Of a DNA stretch of 64,000 nt, positions 62,572-64,000 are shown piece by piece. Below the pieces are notes generated by a model that saw only the letters and a program-made list of their open reading frames with translations, was not told where the DNA came from and searched no databases. The stretch lies in assembly GCA_028715645.1 (NCBI GenBank), contig JAQURK010000002.1, positions 756 to 64,755 on the forward strand, in the 5' to 3' direction. The number at the start of each line of letters is the position of its first letter. Positions within the stretch are counted from its first letter, which is position 1. Made by a program: the position numbers and the translations under genes. The DNA comes from Candidatus Omnitrophota bacterium (GTDB taxonomy: Bacteria > Omnitrophota > Gorgyraeia > JABMQH01).

Positions 62572-63680
62572 TATGTGGTTCGTCTTGTTACGATGGGCGT
62601 GATAGTCCTTGTATCATCGCCATCAAAAGAAGTGGCAGAGACAGGAATTTCCTGCTTGCCATCGGGAAGAGCAAACCTTAAACTGAAACTGCCGTCTTTT
62701 CTTAAGCGTACCGGCTTGTTTTGCACGGTCAGTTTCGCGTCAGGCTCGGTTTGTCCGTAAATGATCAATTCGGCGTCTACCATCAGCCAGAAACCTTTTT
62801 GCTTCAAGGCCTTTTTTACGGGGCTCGACAGACTGCTTACCGCGCCGGATGAAACCTGCTGAAGCAGCCTTTTCTTAAACATCTCCCTCATGGCAAGAGA
62901 GGCCTTGCCCATGCCGAATCCCCCTGAAAGACCGAACATCTTCCAGTAATCGTCCTCCTGGCACATCCACTCCTCATCTATGATATCCGACATCCCGAAT
63001 CTCGGGGTCCTGACGCAATTGGACCTTGCGAGCGCCACGAAGTCGCCGTTATTGGCCAGGATCCCGATTTCTATGATCCATGCCCTGTTGGGGGCGCCGA
63101 CGTTTATGTACCAATTGTTAGCCAGGCCGGTCAATTCTATATCGAAATAGCTGTGGGCATTGTCTCCGTTAAAATTTATATCGGTAACGTCATATACCCT
63201 TAATATCGATTTAACGGCCCTGAGCCCCTTCCGGTGTAATTTATCCCTGGCCTCGTTTTCCCTGTCGGCGGTTATTTCCCAATAGCTGTAGAGCCACCAC
63301 GGGTCCCTTACAAGCGCCACTATCCTGTTATCGCCGTAGCCGTAGGGAAATTCAAAATTTTCCTGGCTTTTATATTCGGGGATGGGTCCTATATAATATT
63401 TTGCCTCTTCAACCTTTTGCTGGCCGACCACCTTCTCGAGGATGCTTGAAGGCGCCAGCCTTTCACGAAGCCGGTATTGCGGCAGGGTCTTTATCTGCCT
63501 GATCACTTTTTCCGCCCTTGGCCTGGTTACCTTTTTCGTCCTGCTTTTCTTCGCGCTCACGCGGCTGAGGCGGTCAATCAGCCTCTCCTTGCTCATAAGG
63601 TGGGCCCCTCTTATGTTGCTTCGGCGGGCCAGCGAAATAAGCTTGCTCTTTTTTGCCCTTCTTATCTTTTCCCTGTCCAT
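62571..63680 (-). CDS. DUF4912-like protein with N-terminal Rho-N-like domain (GH57-associated)
   Basis: N-terminal SKLISLARRSNIRGAHLMSKERLIDRL resembles the Rho termination factor N-terminal helix-hairpin. 369 aa. Shares 1 nt with the GH57 gene. Confidence 0.45.
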   Translation of the reverse strand: MDREKIRRAKKSKLISLARRSNIRGAHLMSKERLIDRLSRVSAKKSRTKKVTRPRAEKVIRQIKTLPQYRLRERLAPSSILEKVVGQQKVEEAKYYIGPIPEYKSQENFEFPYGYGDNRIVALVRDPWWLYSYWEITADRENEARDKLHRKGLRAVKSILRVYDVTDINFNGDNAHSYFDIELTGLANNWYINVGAPNRAWIIEIGILANNGDFVALARSNCVRTPRFGMSDIIDEEWMCQEDDYWKMFGLSGGFGMGKASLAMREMFKKRLLQQVSSGAVSSLSSPVKKALKQKGFWLMVDAELIIYGQTEPDAKLTVQNKPVRLRKDGSFSLRFALPDGKQEIPVSATSFDGDDTRTITPIVTRRTT

Positions 63681-63837
63681 AATCAGCTCCGTTTTTTCCT
63701 AATATCCTAATATAACGTTATATTTATGATAATATTACTTCCGCCGGCATTGTAAATGGGCGTTAGTTTCTTTTCGCTGATTTTTTTCTACTTTAGCTAA
63801 CTATAGCACATGCCGCTGATTAATTCAAATAAAAAAA

Positions 63838-63862
63838 TCCCGCACCATTGGCTGGTGCGGGA
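63838..63862 (-). terminator. Intrinsic terminator (stem CCCGCACCA/UGGUGCGGG followed by a U-rich tract on the minus strand)
   Basis: Read on the minus strand: cccgcaccagccaatggtgcgggattttttta, directly after the stop of the partial CDS at the window edge. Confidence 0.55.
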
Positions 63863-63886
63863 TCGTAATTTTTGAAATCCTTATTG

Positions 63887-64000
63887 TTATTCTGTCTTGG
63901 GCGGTTCTGGCTGCGCTTCCTGGGGTGCCGGAGCAGGCTCCTGTGTCAGCACATCGATCCATATCGCGACCATCTTGTCGTCTTTGTTCTTATAATATTC
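63887..64000 (-). CDS. 3' end of a CDS that starts beyond the window (...EYYKNKDDKMVAIWIDVLTQEPAPAPQEAQPEPPKTE*)
   Basis: The only open frame across the last 114 nt. Followed by an intrinsic terminator. Product unknown. Confidence 0.3.
   Translation of the reverse strand, partial: EYYKNKDDKMVAIWIDVLTQEPAPAPQEAQPEPPKTE

Overview
This 64-kb window is a gene-dense, almost co-directional bacterial segment. About 60 CDS and one tRNA sit on the minus strand, and only one CDS (57930..58424) sits on the plus strand. Lpt machinery (LptD, LptB, an LptC/A-like protein) and OmpA-type proteins point to a Gram-negative, probably uncultivated, lineage. No IS elements, integrases, CRISPR arrays or rRNA genes are present.

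Gene content, left to right:
- a nucleotide-sugar / glycan-modification cluster ending at LptD: dTDP-sugar genes (RmlA/RmlB/FdtA-like/DegT aminotransferase), UDP-GlcNAc dehydrogenase and epimerase, Ugd, a carbamoyltransferase with SxtJ-like and two unannotated DUF5989-like mini-ORFs, a glycosyltransferase family 2 (GT2) enzyme, a methyltransferase, and a membrane protein fused to an SGNH hydrolase
- ROK kinase and three tandem GGDEF diguanylate cyclases
- an orphan MalK-type ABC ATPase, accD, and a GlcD-like oxidase
- an operon encoding a 1101-aa secreted metallophosphoesterase (FN3, PKD and FlgD Ig-like domains) together with two small proteins and a trailing 39-aa basic peptide
- housekeeping genes: uppS-cdsA-dxr-rseP-ispG-proS, OmpA, H+-PPase, purA, serA/serC-like, clpP, tig, hpf, lptB, tRNA-Leu, greA, purF/Q/SL, guaA, a ThyA-like gene, a cNMP-binding patatin phospholipase, mnmG, a QueG-like gene, and GH57 with a DUF4912-like protein

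The most notable non-coding feature is a c-di-GMP-I (GEMM) riboswitch-like leader with its own sigma70-like promoter, an overlapping TGACA/TGTCA palindromic operator, and an intrinsic terminator, directly upstream of the small-protein/giant surface protein operon and a few kb from the three GGDEF genes. Other sequence-level oddities are an in-frame palindromic repeat inside ispG, several long imperfect palindromes and phased repeat arrays in intergenic regions, and a 660-bp structured divergent intergenic region.
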